A stretch of 64,000 nucleotides of DNA from a virus (taxonomy: Duplodnaviria; Caudoviricetes): the IMG/VR virus record IMGVR_UViG_3300033076_000897, positions 32,888 through 96,887 of that record. One strand, 5' to 3'. Below are positions 57,751 through 64,000 of the stretch, in pieces. The notes beneath the pieces were generated by a model. It did no database searches and had not been told where the DNA came from. It saw only the letters and a list, made by a program, of their open reading frames with translations. Positions within the stretch are counted from its first letter, which is position 1. Each line of letters starts with the position of its first letter. A program made the translations under genes and the position numbers.

Positions 57751-57951
57751 TTAGTCTTCAATTCCAAATCGATCTTCATACCAGTTCTCATAAACTGACT
57801 TAGCGTCAATACTTACATTAGTGTCAGGATAGGTATGAACCAAAAACTTGACAAAGTCAATTCTTATTGCAGCCAATTCCCGGTTAAAGGACATTTCAAG
57901 AGATGCATCACTTAGATGGCTTTGAATGATCATGCTTACTTTAGCTTCCAT
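57751..57951 (-). CDS. Hypothetical early protein
   Basis: Start MEAKV (57951) downstream of TATATTTG. Confidence 0.55.
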   Translation of the reverse strand: MEAKVSMIIQSHLSDASLEMSFNRELAAIRIDFVKFLVHTYPDTNVSIDAKSVYENWYEDRFGIED

Positions 57952-58044
57952 GTTTTTATCTGATTGATTAACTATACAAATATACATAAAAAAGCCCAAA
58001 CTAAAAAATTTGGGCTGAACTTTTTTCAGAAAGTTACGAACATT

Positions 58045-58398
58045 TTACGAGATCTTGATCTTCTTAAATCCCTCTTTGGCTTCCTGAAACTCGATTCTAA
58101 GGATTCCATTCTCCATCGAGGCCTTCACGTTATTTGTGTCTAATGATTCTGGTAAGCTAAAGCTTTTTTCAAAGCTTCGTTTCAATAGACCACCATTTTC
58201 TGTAGAACCAGAAATGTTTAACTGTAGGCCTTTAATCTCGATAGAGACTTCGTCCTTTGAATAACCAGGTAAAGAAACTTCTAATACTCCGTTTTCATAG
58301 ACATAATCTTTGTCTCTTCGTTTAATTGTAGTTGAAGTCCATTTCAAATCGTCCAACTCTTTCAAAAGGTCTGTGTAATCTCTTGTTGTAAAAAACAT
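58045..58398 (-). CDS. Small heat-shock protein (Hsp20)
   Basis: LPGYSKDEV...SFEKSFSLP...ASMENGILRI alpha-crystallin motif. Confidence 0.92.
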   Translation of the reverse strand: MFFTTRDYTDLLKELDDLKWTSTTIKRRDKDYVYENGVLEVSLPGYSKDEVSIEIKGLQLNISGSTENGGLLKRSFEKSFSLPESLDTNNVKASMENGILRIEFQEAKEGFKKIKIS

Positions 58399-58491
58399 AG
58401 CTTTAATTTTTATTTGTTTAACTTTATGAGCTCTCGCTCAATAGTATACCTTCAAATTTGATGCAAGTTTAAAAAAGGTGCCAAAATGGCA

Positions 58492-59235
58492 TTAAAATGG
58501 TGGTTCATCGATAATATTCATGCCACTTAGTCTTAAAAGTAAGTTTGCTGTGGCTTCAATGTCCTTTTCACAGTATGTTTTGATCTCTTCGATTCGACCC
58601 TGCCAAAAGTAACGATTCACTTCTGGGCCTGCCATCAAATCTTTAGGAGTAGGCACATCGAACAATTCAGCCAAAAGACCAAGCTTCGCTGAGTTCCAGC
58701 CACCAAACTTCCAAACCTCGTACGTGTCGATCAAACAAGTTTCCCATGGTTTTTGTTTGTGCAACCAGAATTGATGAGGTACTTTTAAGCCATGGATCAA
58801 TGCTCTTTTAACAATGAATGGCAAATCAAAGCCTTTGACATTGTGACCAACCCATTGCATCTTAGGATAGTTGTTGAATATTCTGGCAGCCATAGTCAAA
58901 AACTCTTCAATGACAGCTTTTTCACTCTCACCATAAAAGCTTTTCTTACCAAAAGCCACAGCTTCACCAGATTCGTTGAACTTAATTTGTCCAATAGAGA
59001 TACACACGATTCGACCCCATTCTGGATAAAGACCGGCCATACGAGGATACATCTCGTGATCGTCTTTAATGTCTTTAAGTTCGGTTGGATTCTGTTCTCT
59101 ACACTGCATTGACTTGTATTGCCAATACTCTAATAGGTTAGGGTTTTCCATGATCACTTCGTCGAGTGTCTCCCTTTGGGTTGTGGTTTCTATGTCGATA
59201 AAAACCATTTGCTTTAATTCTTCTAGTCCGTACAT
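58492..59235 (-). CDS. DnaQ/PolB-like 3'-5' exonuclease
   Basis: FIDIET (ExoI), GHNVKGFDLPF (ExoII), YCEKD (ExoIII); start MYGLE at 59235. Confidence 0.88.
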   Translation of the reverse strand: MYGLEELKQMVFIDIETTTQRETLDEVIMENPNLLEYWQYKSMQCREQNPTELKDIKDDHEMYPRMAGLYPEWGRIVCISIGQIKFNESGEAVAFGKKSFYGESEKAVIEEFLTMAARIFNNYPKMQWVGHNVKGFDLPFIVKRALIHGLKVPHQFWLHKQKPWETCLIDTYEVWKFGGWNSAKLGLLAELFDVPTPKDLMAGPEVNRYFWQGRIEEIKTYCEKDIEATANLLLRLSGMNIIDEPPF

Positions 59236-59253
59236 ACCTTTAAATTTTACACT

Positions 59254-59281
59254 AAAAAAGCCAGTGAAGGTCACTGGCTTT
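59254..59281 (-). terminator. Intrinsic terminator
   Basis: AAAGCCAGTGA-CCT-TCACTGGCTTTTTT on the minus strand. Confidence 0.75.
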
Positions 59282-59305
59282 AGAGTTGAGTTTCCTTCGT
59301 GTTAG

Positions 59306-59332
59306 TTATACGAAGGACTTACAATTTGTTTA
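59306..59332 (-). promoter_or_regulatory. AAAC-N17-TATAA promoter-like motif upstream of the exonuclease
   Basis: TAAAC-AAATTGTAAGTCCTTCG-TATAAC. Confidence 0.6.
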
Positions 59333-59333
59333 C

Positions 59334-59441
59334 TCAAGCGTGTTTTTTTCGTAGGACTTTGAAAATCAATTCCAAAACGCTGTTAGCCCTGTACTTCTTA
59401 CCCTCAATGTTAAGAAGGTACTTGCATCTCTCTTTTTCCAT
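59334..59441 (-). CDS. Small basic ORF (MEKERCKYLLNIEGKKYRANSVLELIFKVLRKKHA), 35 aa
   Basis: Translated by hand; fills the gap between genes with an A-rich upstream sequence; below the ORF-track cutoff. Confidence 0.45.
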   Translation of the reverse strand: MEKERCKYLLNIEGKKYRANSVLELIFKVLRKKHA

Positions 59442-59451
59442 TTTGTTAATT

Positions 59452-59688
59452 TTAGTGGTTGAATTCATCGAAATCCCATTCTCTGTGATTTCTAAGTAGA
59501 TCGTATTGATCGTAAGTTAATGTTACCAAAACATAACCCCCGGTAACTGAAGGGGGACAGGCGGCCTCACTAAACCAATAAGGAGGTGCTTCTGTAATTC
59601 TTTCGTGTAGAAAGTCAAACAGTTGATCAATGTTCATGTGGTGGATCCAGACACTGATCGCGAAACACTTCATATTAGCTTCACCCAT
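59452..59688 (-). CDS. Hypothetical protein
   Basis: Start MGEAN after GATAGATA. Confidence 0.5.
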   Translation of the reverse strand: MGEANMKCFAISVWIHHMNIDQLFDFLHERITEAPPYWFSEAACPPSVTGGYVLVTLTYDQYDLLRNHREWDFDEFNH

Positions 59689-59698
59689 AGTATATCTA

Positions 59699-60142
59699 TC
59701 AATGAAATTTATACTCGTATGGCTCGATGTGGGCTTGATCAACTTCCTGCTTCACTTGATTCCAATTTCCTTGGTAGTGGCTAGCCACAAACATGTGATT
59801 GTCAATAACCACATAGTTGCCACCTCGAGGTTTGTTCATAAGCAATCCGTGATACTTAAAACCGTGTTGCTTGAGCCAGTTCTCGGTCACTGTTCTGTGT
59901 TCTTCGGTTCTGGCAGTAAAGAAGGTGATGATGTGACCTTGATCGTACCATTCGTTGATGGTCTCAGAAGCCCCTTCTAATTTATCGGCGATGCTCATTC
60001 TCCAAGCTTCCTCGTTTGGAATGTCTTCTGAGATGGTACCGTCAATGTCGATCAAAAAGTTCTTGATACCGTTGTTTAAAACTGGACTAACTCTGTTTCC
60101 GTTGGAATCGCCAGCAAATTCCATATCTGCTAATTCTGTCAT
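59699..60142 (-). CDS. Small HAD-superfamily phosphatase
   Basis: LIDIDGT (DxDxT), FFTAR, KPRGG and IDN; ATGA-coupled to the upstream GT25-PLOD gene. Confidence 0.8.
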   Translation of the reverse strand: MTELADMEFAGDSNGNRVSPVLNNGIKNFLIDIDGTISEDIPNEEAWRMSIADKLEGASETINEWYDQGHIITFFTARTEEHRTVTENWLKQHGFKYHGLLMNKPRGGNYVVIDNHMFVASHYQGNWNQVKQEVDQAHIEPYEYKFH

Positions 60143-61446
60143 TTTTGTGGTCTAATAAAAGAAACTATAATGTATCTAACTCCGTTGTGGATTGGACGTG
60201 CACCGTGTTTGTGTGAAATGGCTCCAGGATGTAAGAAAGCGTTACCGTTTCTTTTTGGAGTTACACAAACACCGTATCTTGGGAAATATGTTCCACCACC
60301 CTCAAACTCGTCATTCAATTTTACACCGCACGTAAAGTAGCTGTGGTCGTGGTGCAGAGACAAGTGTCCTTGTTTGTCCATACTGTATCTGATCATGAAA
60401 TCTTCAGAATAAGGATTGCTTAACCATGCACCTTCAAGTTGCCAAATGTGTTTTGCTAATGGTGTAACTATTTCTCTGATCACTCTATTGTAAATGTCAC
60501 CTAGTCCCAATTCGTTCAATAAAACATCGTTCGTTGGATAGAACTCGTGACGGCCCTCTGTCCACATGTTCTTGGTTTCTGCCAATGCTATCACATCGTC
60601 ACAGAACTTTTGAGTGAACAATGGAAACTCAAAGATGTTACTGAATCTAGGCCCAATCTCGTCTACTAATAGATCGTATTCTCCTCGGGCAATGATCTTG
60701 TCAATGTACTTGGCTTTCCATGCATTCCAATCAGAAGCATCTAAGACTTCGAAGTAAGTTTGCGTGTTCATATTTTCGGTTGTTGTAGATGGACGTACGT
60801 CCACTGGAATTTGACGAACGTATTGTTCTTTTGTTGCAAAGGCATTCATTGTTGGTTGAAATCTCTGCAACACGTCAAAACGAGGGTGAGCTACGTAAGT
60901 TGCTGATAAAAACTCGTCAGCCGGAATCACTGCTTCGTTAAGACCGTATCTAACGATCTTTTTAATGCCACTAAAACTAAGCATGTAAGCGTGTGTATTG
61001 TAGCTGTAACTTGGTTTATAGAATGCTCCATCAACCGATTCATTTACGTTAGGATCAACTTTGTTTCTACCTAAGTAAACCAAGTCCCATTCGGCATTAG
61101 GGAATTTGAAATCCTTTAAAGAAATGGTTGGTTGAAAATCTTCTTCTAAGACTAAAATGGTTTCGTAACCCTTTACGTAAGCATCATGCCACACTTTAAT
61201 GTGAGAAAGTGTACAACCTATTTCTCCGGGTGTGAGGTCTCTGTTCCACCAATTGTTTAAACTTTCTGATTTCCAATCAAAGAGCTTATAAGAACCAAAG
61301 GATCTCAAAGACTCTGGGTTTTTACCATCAACAGCATCCATAATCAGATACGGTGTGTTGTCAGGCAAACCTAATTGATTGATGCGATTAACGATGTCCT
61401 GTGTATCGGACTTTAAGTTGATTACGTATACTTGATCTATTTTCAT
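60139..61446 (-). CDS. Fusion of GT25 (procollagen galactosyltransferase/COLGALT-like) and PLOD-like lysyl hydroxylase (2OG-Fe(II) dioxygenase)
   Basis: N-terminal: VYVINL, DAVDG, RDLTPGEIGCTLSH, LVLEED, WDLVYLGR, YSYNTHAYMLS, IPADEFL. C-terminal: FPLFT..FCD, YPTND, FMIRY, LHHDHS (HxD), FEGGGT, HPGAISH.HG..., RYIIVSF. Start MKID (61446) overlaps the GT4 stop. Confidence 0.88.
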   Translation of the reverse strand: MKIDQVYVINLKSDTQDIVNRINQLGLPDNTPYLIMDAVDGKNPESLRSFGSYKLFDWKSESLNNWWNRDLTPGEIGCTLSHIKVWHDAYVKGYETILVLEEDFQPTISLKDFKFPNAEWDLVYLGRNKVDPNVNESVDGAFYKPSYSYNTHAYMLSFSGIKKIVRYGLNEAVIPADEFLSATYVAHPRFDVLQRFQPTMNAFATKEQYVRQIPVDVRPSTTTENMNTQTYFEVLDASDWNAWKAKYIDKIIARGEYDLLVDEIGPRFSNIFEFPLFTQKFCDDVIALAETKNMWTEGRHEFYPTNDVLLNELGLGDIYNRVIREIVTPLAKHIWQLEGAWLSNPYSEDFMIRYSMDKQGHLSLHHDHSYFTCGVKLNDEFEGGGTYFPRYGVCVTPKRNGNAFLHPGAISHKHGARPIHNGVRYIIVSFIRPQK

Positions 61447-62450
61447 GACATGATTAGATTGTTCCATTCTGCAGCTCTCATTCTCCAGGTTTGACATTTG
61501 GCCCAGTTTCTGGCTCGCTCTGAATAGTTGGAAACCATTTCAGGCATGTGTCTGAGGTTGGCTACTATATTTATATAAGCTTGTAAGTGATTTGTTTCGT
61601 GGTTAACTGTAAACCCTCTACTACCTACAGTTTCCTTTAATGCTGCTAAATCAGAACATATAGGGATCACGCCCGACATCTGCATCTCTAAAGCTGTGAT
61701 GCAATAAGTTTCTTTATATTCAGTTGGATAAAGCCAAAACTGGCTCTCTGCCATGTGTCTGTGTAAGGTTAATTGATCAACCGATCCGTAATAGTATACG
61801 CCTTCCATTTTGATCCTCTTTTCAGAAGCGTAGGATGGTGAAAAGACTTTTAATTTGGCGTTAGGCCAAAACGATCTGATTTTCGGCCACATTTCCAGAA
61901 CTCTACTAAGACCTCGTTCATGAGCTGAAGAGTAGATGAAAGAGTTTTTGTCTTTAGTTCTTTTAGTAAACGTAGAAGGATCTATGCCGTTGCCTATAAC
62001 ATGAATTGGTTTGGTGACCTTAAATCTCGTTTGAAAATCCTGTTTGTGCCACTCAGTTAGACAGATTATGCCAGTGAGTTTATCGCGGTTTAACAGATCT
62101 TGGTGGTTTTCTATAGCTTCACCTTTCCACCAAACAAAGTAGTCTTCGTTGTGAACCCAAAAGTAAGATCTAGTGAAAGTGATCCTTCGTTCTTCTAGTT
62201 CTAATAAGTAGTGAATGTAACTTGAAGCTATGACTACGTCGAAATGTTGATCCGAAATTGAAGCATTCCATTCCACGCCTTCGTGTACTTCGTCCAGGAC
62301 TTGGCCACTTACTTGGACATCGTGTCCAAGTTTAGCTAGTTGTTTAGCTAAATTGGCACAAGCCTGTTCAGTTCCACCCAGACCTAATTCAGAAACGGTA
62401 GAACCGTTATATGGTTTGCTTTGGTATCCGACGTAGATCAGAATCTTCAT
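61443..62450 (-). CDS. GT-B (GT4-like) glycosyltransferase
   Basis: LGGTEQA, IGNGID, YSSAHERGL, YPTEYKETYCITALEMQ and AALKET; start MKILIY (62450) by TAATG overlap. Confidence 0.88.
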   Translation of the reverse strand: MKILIYVGYQSKPYNGSTVSELGLGGTEQACANLAKQLAKLGHDVQVSGQVLDEVHEGVEWNASISDQHFDVVIASSYIHYLLELEERRITFTRSYFWVHNEDYFVWWKGEAIENHQDLLNRDKLTGIICLTEWHKQDFQTRFKVTKPIHVIGNGIDPSTFTKRTKDKNSFIYSSAHERGLSRVLEMWPKIRSFWPNAKLKVFSPSYASEKRIKMEGVYYYGSVDQLTLHRHMAESQFWLYPTEYKETYCITALEMQMSGVIPICSDLAALKETVGSRGFTVNHETNHLQAYINIVANLRHMPEMVSNYSERARNWAKCQTWRMRAAEWNNLIMS

Positions 62451-63037
62451 TAACGATAGTGTTGACCTCCAACCCAAAGTACGAAAGAACGACGAGTTCC
62501 TTTAGTTACCTTAGTAACTCTGTGCATCATGTAGCTTGGGAAAATAAAGGTAACGCCAGCACCTCGAGGAGAAACTTGTACCGATTGACCTCCTTGCCAC
62601 ATTTCTAAATCTCCGCCTTCATATTCGTCGGACTCAGACAATTGAACCGTAATTGATACCTTACGTTTAGATGCGTTACCGTGCCCAATATCCTGATGCC
62701 AATCATAATGACCTTCTGTTGTATCGTAATATTCTGTATATTGAATGGACTCGTCAGCTGAGATCAAATCAAATTTCCATAGAGCGTCATTGGCTTCTTT
62801 GGCCATTTGCATCATCTTTTCGTATAGCCATGTCCATTGAGGAGTCTTTGGAATCCATTTGATAGATGAACTTCTAACCTGTTTAATAGCTTCAGGATCA
62901 GCGTTACCAATGACTGTTGCTTCTTGAAATGGAATAGTTTGAACGTCTTTGTAGATCTTGGTCAATTCTTCGGCTGAAAAACCGTTTTTGAACCAGTAGT
63001 AATTTTGGGGATCGTTTGTTTCTGCTTGAAATAACAT
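62450..63037 (-). CDS. 2OG-Fe(II) dioxygenase, prolyl-4-hydroxylase/PKHD-like
   Basis: QYTEY, YDWHQD (HxD), RKVSITVQLS, YEGGDL, FPSYMMHRV and RRSFVLW; start MLFQ at 63037. Confidence 0.88.
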   Translation of the reverse strand: MLFQAETNDPQNYYWFKNGFSAEELTKIYKDVQTIPFQEATVIGNADPEAIKQVRSSSIKWIPKTPQWTWLYEKMMQMAKEANDALWKFDLISADESIQYTEYYDTTEGHYDWHQDIGHGNASKRKVSITVQLSESDEYEGGDLEMWQGGQSVQVSPRGAGVTFIFPSYMMHRVTKVTKGTRRSFVLWVGGQHYR

Positions 63038-63054
63038 GGAATAGTCTTTAAGTG

Positions 63055-63081
63055 TTATATGTATCAACCCTATTTTGTTTA
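63055..63081 (-). promoter_or_regulatory. AAAC-N17-TATAA promoter-like motif heading the hydroxylase/glycosyltransferase cassette
   Basis: TAAAC-AAAATAGGGTTGATACA-TATAAC; also contains a GATACATA late-like variant. Confidence 0.6.
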
Positions 63082-63084
63082 ACG

Positions 63085-63110
63085 AAAAAAGCCCGATTGC
63101 TCGGGCTTTC
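63085..63110 (-). terminator. Intrinsic terminator between the fibre genes and the modification cassette
   Basis: AAAGCCCGA-GCAA-TCGGGCTTTTTT (GNRA loop) on the minus strand. Confidence 0.8.
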
Positions 63111-63130
63111 GTATCTTAAATTAATAACTC

Positions 63131-63451
63131 TTAATTTGTAAATGGAGGATCTAGAATAACTGTGCTTAATTTATCATTAAGTCTGGTTACAAGTCTTGAT
63201 TCTACTTCGTTAACGAAGGTTGTGCCAAGTGTAGATTTTACCCAATTAACAACTTCAACCTTTGTTAAATTACTGAACTGTATGAAGTTATTTGGATCTG
63301 GTTGTGCAAGTGTACAAACACCAGTTTCATCAACTGAGTTATTAGTCGCATCTGATCTTTTACATTCCCATTTAACTTTGTAAACCACGTTAGACAAGTT
63401 ACCGTCCGACGTTTTACATATAAGTTTTATGATATTCCAAGTAGTTGTCAT
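63131..63451 (-). CDS. Small tail-fibre-associated protein
   Basis: MTTTWNI...FIQFSNLTKVEVVNWVK pattern typical of small genes that follow fibre genes. Confidence 0.6.
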   Translation of the reverse strand: MTTTWNIIKLICKTSDGNLSNVVYKVKWECKRSDATNNSVDETGVCTLAQPDPNNFIQFSNLTKVEVVNWVKSTLGTTFVNEVESRLVTRLNDKLSTVILDPPFTN

Positions 63452-63466
63452 ATTCTTAATTATTTT

Positions 63467-64000
63467 TTATCCAAGAAAATCTACACTCATTAAAACTCCA
63501 TCATTAAAGTTTAAATTCCACATAGCTCTTCCGTCACTGACGGTCACACCTCCCCAATATCCACCGAACGTTCCGATGCCGCCACCGCCGCCGTCTTTTC
63601 CTGGAGGGCCCGGAGGGCCTGCGGGACCTTGAGGTCCAGGTCCACCGTTTGAACCAGCAGCACCTTGTGCACCTTGAGGTCCAGGTCCACCGTTTGAACC
63701 AGCAGCACCTTGTGCACCTTGAGGTCCAGGTCCACCGTTTGTTCCGTTAGCACCTTGAGCACCCCTAGGGCCTTGAGCACCGGCAGCACCTTGAGCACCT
63801 GTTGGTCCAGGTCCACCGTTAGAACCATTTGCACCGGCAGCTCCTTGAGCACCAGCAGCTCCTTGAGCACCTTGAGGTCCAGGTCCACCATTAGAACCAT
63901 TTGCACCAGCAGCTCCTTGAGCTCCATTTGTTCCAGCAGCTCCTTGAGCACCTTGAGGTCCAGGTCCACCATTAGAACCATTTGCACCAGCAGCTCCTTG
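63467..64000 (-). CDS. Collagen-like (Gly-X-Y repeat) fibre protein, C-terminal part; 5' end outside the window
   Basis: Hand translation: QGAAGANGSNGGPGPQGAQGAA...GPQGPAGPPGPPGKDGGGGGIGTFGGYWGGVTVSDGRAMWNLNFNDGVLMSVDFLG*; stop at 63467. Confidence 0.92.
   Translation of the reverse strand, partial: QGAAGANGSNGGPGPQGAQGAAGTNGAQGAAGANGSNGGPGPQGAQGAAGAQGAAGANGSNGGPGPTGAQGAAGAQGPRGAQGANGTNGGPGPQGAQGAAGSNGGPGPQGAQGAAGSNGGPGPQGPAGPPGPPGKDGGGGGIGTFGGYWGGVTVSDGRAMWNLNFNDGVLMSVDFLG
63593..64000 (-). repeat. Collagen-coding tandem repeats (GAQGAA / GSNGGPGPQ units)
   Basis: Repeated ccttgagcacc and gaggtccaggtccacc on the + strand. Confidence 0.9.

Noticed and set aside
61443-63037. Reading the oxygenase plus glycosyltransferase pair as a DNA base hypermodification (TET/JBP + GT) system
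   Set aside because: The oxygenase motifs match the P4H/PKHD and PLOD types rather than TET/JBP, no methyltransferase or nucleotide-modifying partner is adjacent, and the neighbour is a collagen gene. Not fully excluded without assays.
289-63632. Numerous short plus-strand ORFs in the track
   Set aside because: They lie antisense to well-supported minus-strand genes, have no recognisable motifs and show typical shadow composition.
63544-63987. ORF-track 147-aa protein (MQMVLMVDLDLKVLKE...)
   Set aside because: It is an off-frame reading of the collagen repeat. The real CDS is the Gly-X-Y frame 63467-64000.
1-64000. Stop-codon reassignment, as seen in some huge phages
   Set aside because: Conserved genes are full length in code 11, and TAG/TGA terminate genes at sensible ends (e.g. 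uvsW and gp5 end in TAG; primase and PLOD end in TGA overlaps).
1-64000. CRISPR arrays, tRNA genes, introns/inteins, transposases
   Set aside because: No spaced direct-repeat array, cloverleaf-like intergenic sequence, interrupted core gene or transposase motif was seen. tRNAscan-SE or Infernal would be needed to exclude small RNAs fully.
59699-64000. Interpreting the window as a eukaryotic giant virus or eukaryotic contamination because of the PLOD, COLGALT and collagen genes
   Set aside because: The cassette has the same strand, overlap-coupling, promoter motifs and terminators as the surrounding T4-like phage genes (gp32, primase, baseplate) and bacterial ribosomal proteins.

Overview
This is a 64-kb segment of a large T4-like (myovirus-type) jumbo phage genome. 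It is AT-rich and densely packed, and essentially every gene is on the minus strand in the standard genetic code. From left to right it holds: (i) putative head-cargo proteins with T4-like capsid-targeting N-termini, including two RNA-ligase-fold proteins, one fused to a HIGH-motif nucleotidyltransferase; (ii) a T4-type recombination/replication block (UvsW, UvsY, primase, gp32, RuvC-like); (iii) a ~31-kb virion block (collagen-bearing fibre, very large structural proteins, baseplate gp6/gp25/gp5/gp27/gp53-like, neck gp13) interrupted by an amidoligase and a ribosomal protein S1 homologue; (iv) an accessory region (DinG helicase, dCMP deaminase, UvsE, GNAT, ATP-grasp, 5'-nucleotidase, RNase HII, PhoH, ribosomal protein bS21, DnaJ, Hsp20, exonuclease); and (v) a translationally coupled cassette next to a collagen-repeat gene at the right end. 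That cassette encodes a prolyl-hydroxylase-like oxygenase, a GT4 glycosyltransferase, a fused COLGALT-like GT25/PLOD-like lysyl hydroxylase and a HAD phosphatase. It looks like a phage-encoded, animal-style collagen hydroxylation/glycosylation pathway and is the best candidate for a novel system. TAnnTTTG promoter elements, A-rich Shine-Dalgarno-less starts and Bacteroidota-style S1 and bS21 point to a Bacteroidota host. Three distinct promoter motif classes can be read from the intergenic DNA. All family assignments are from motif recognition by eye; no database searches were run.
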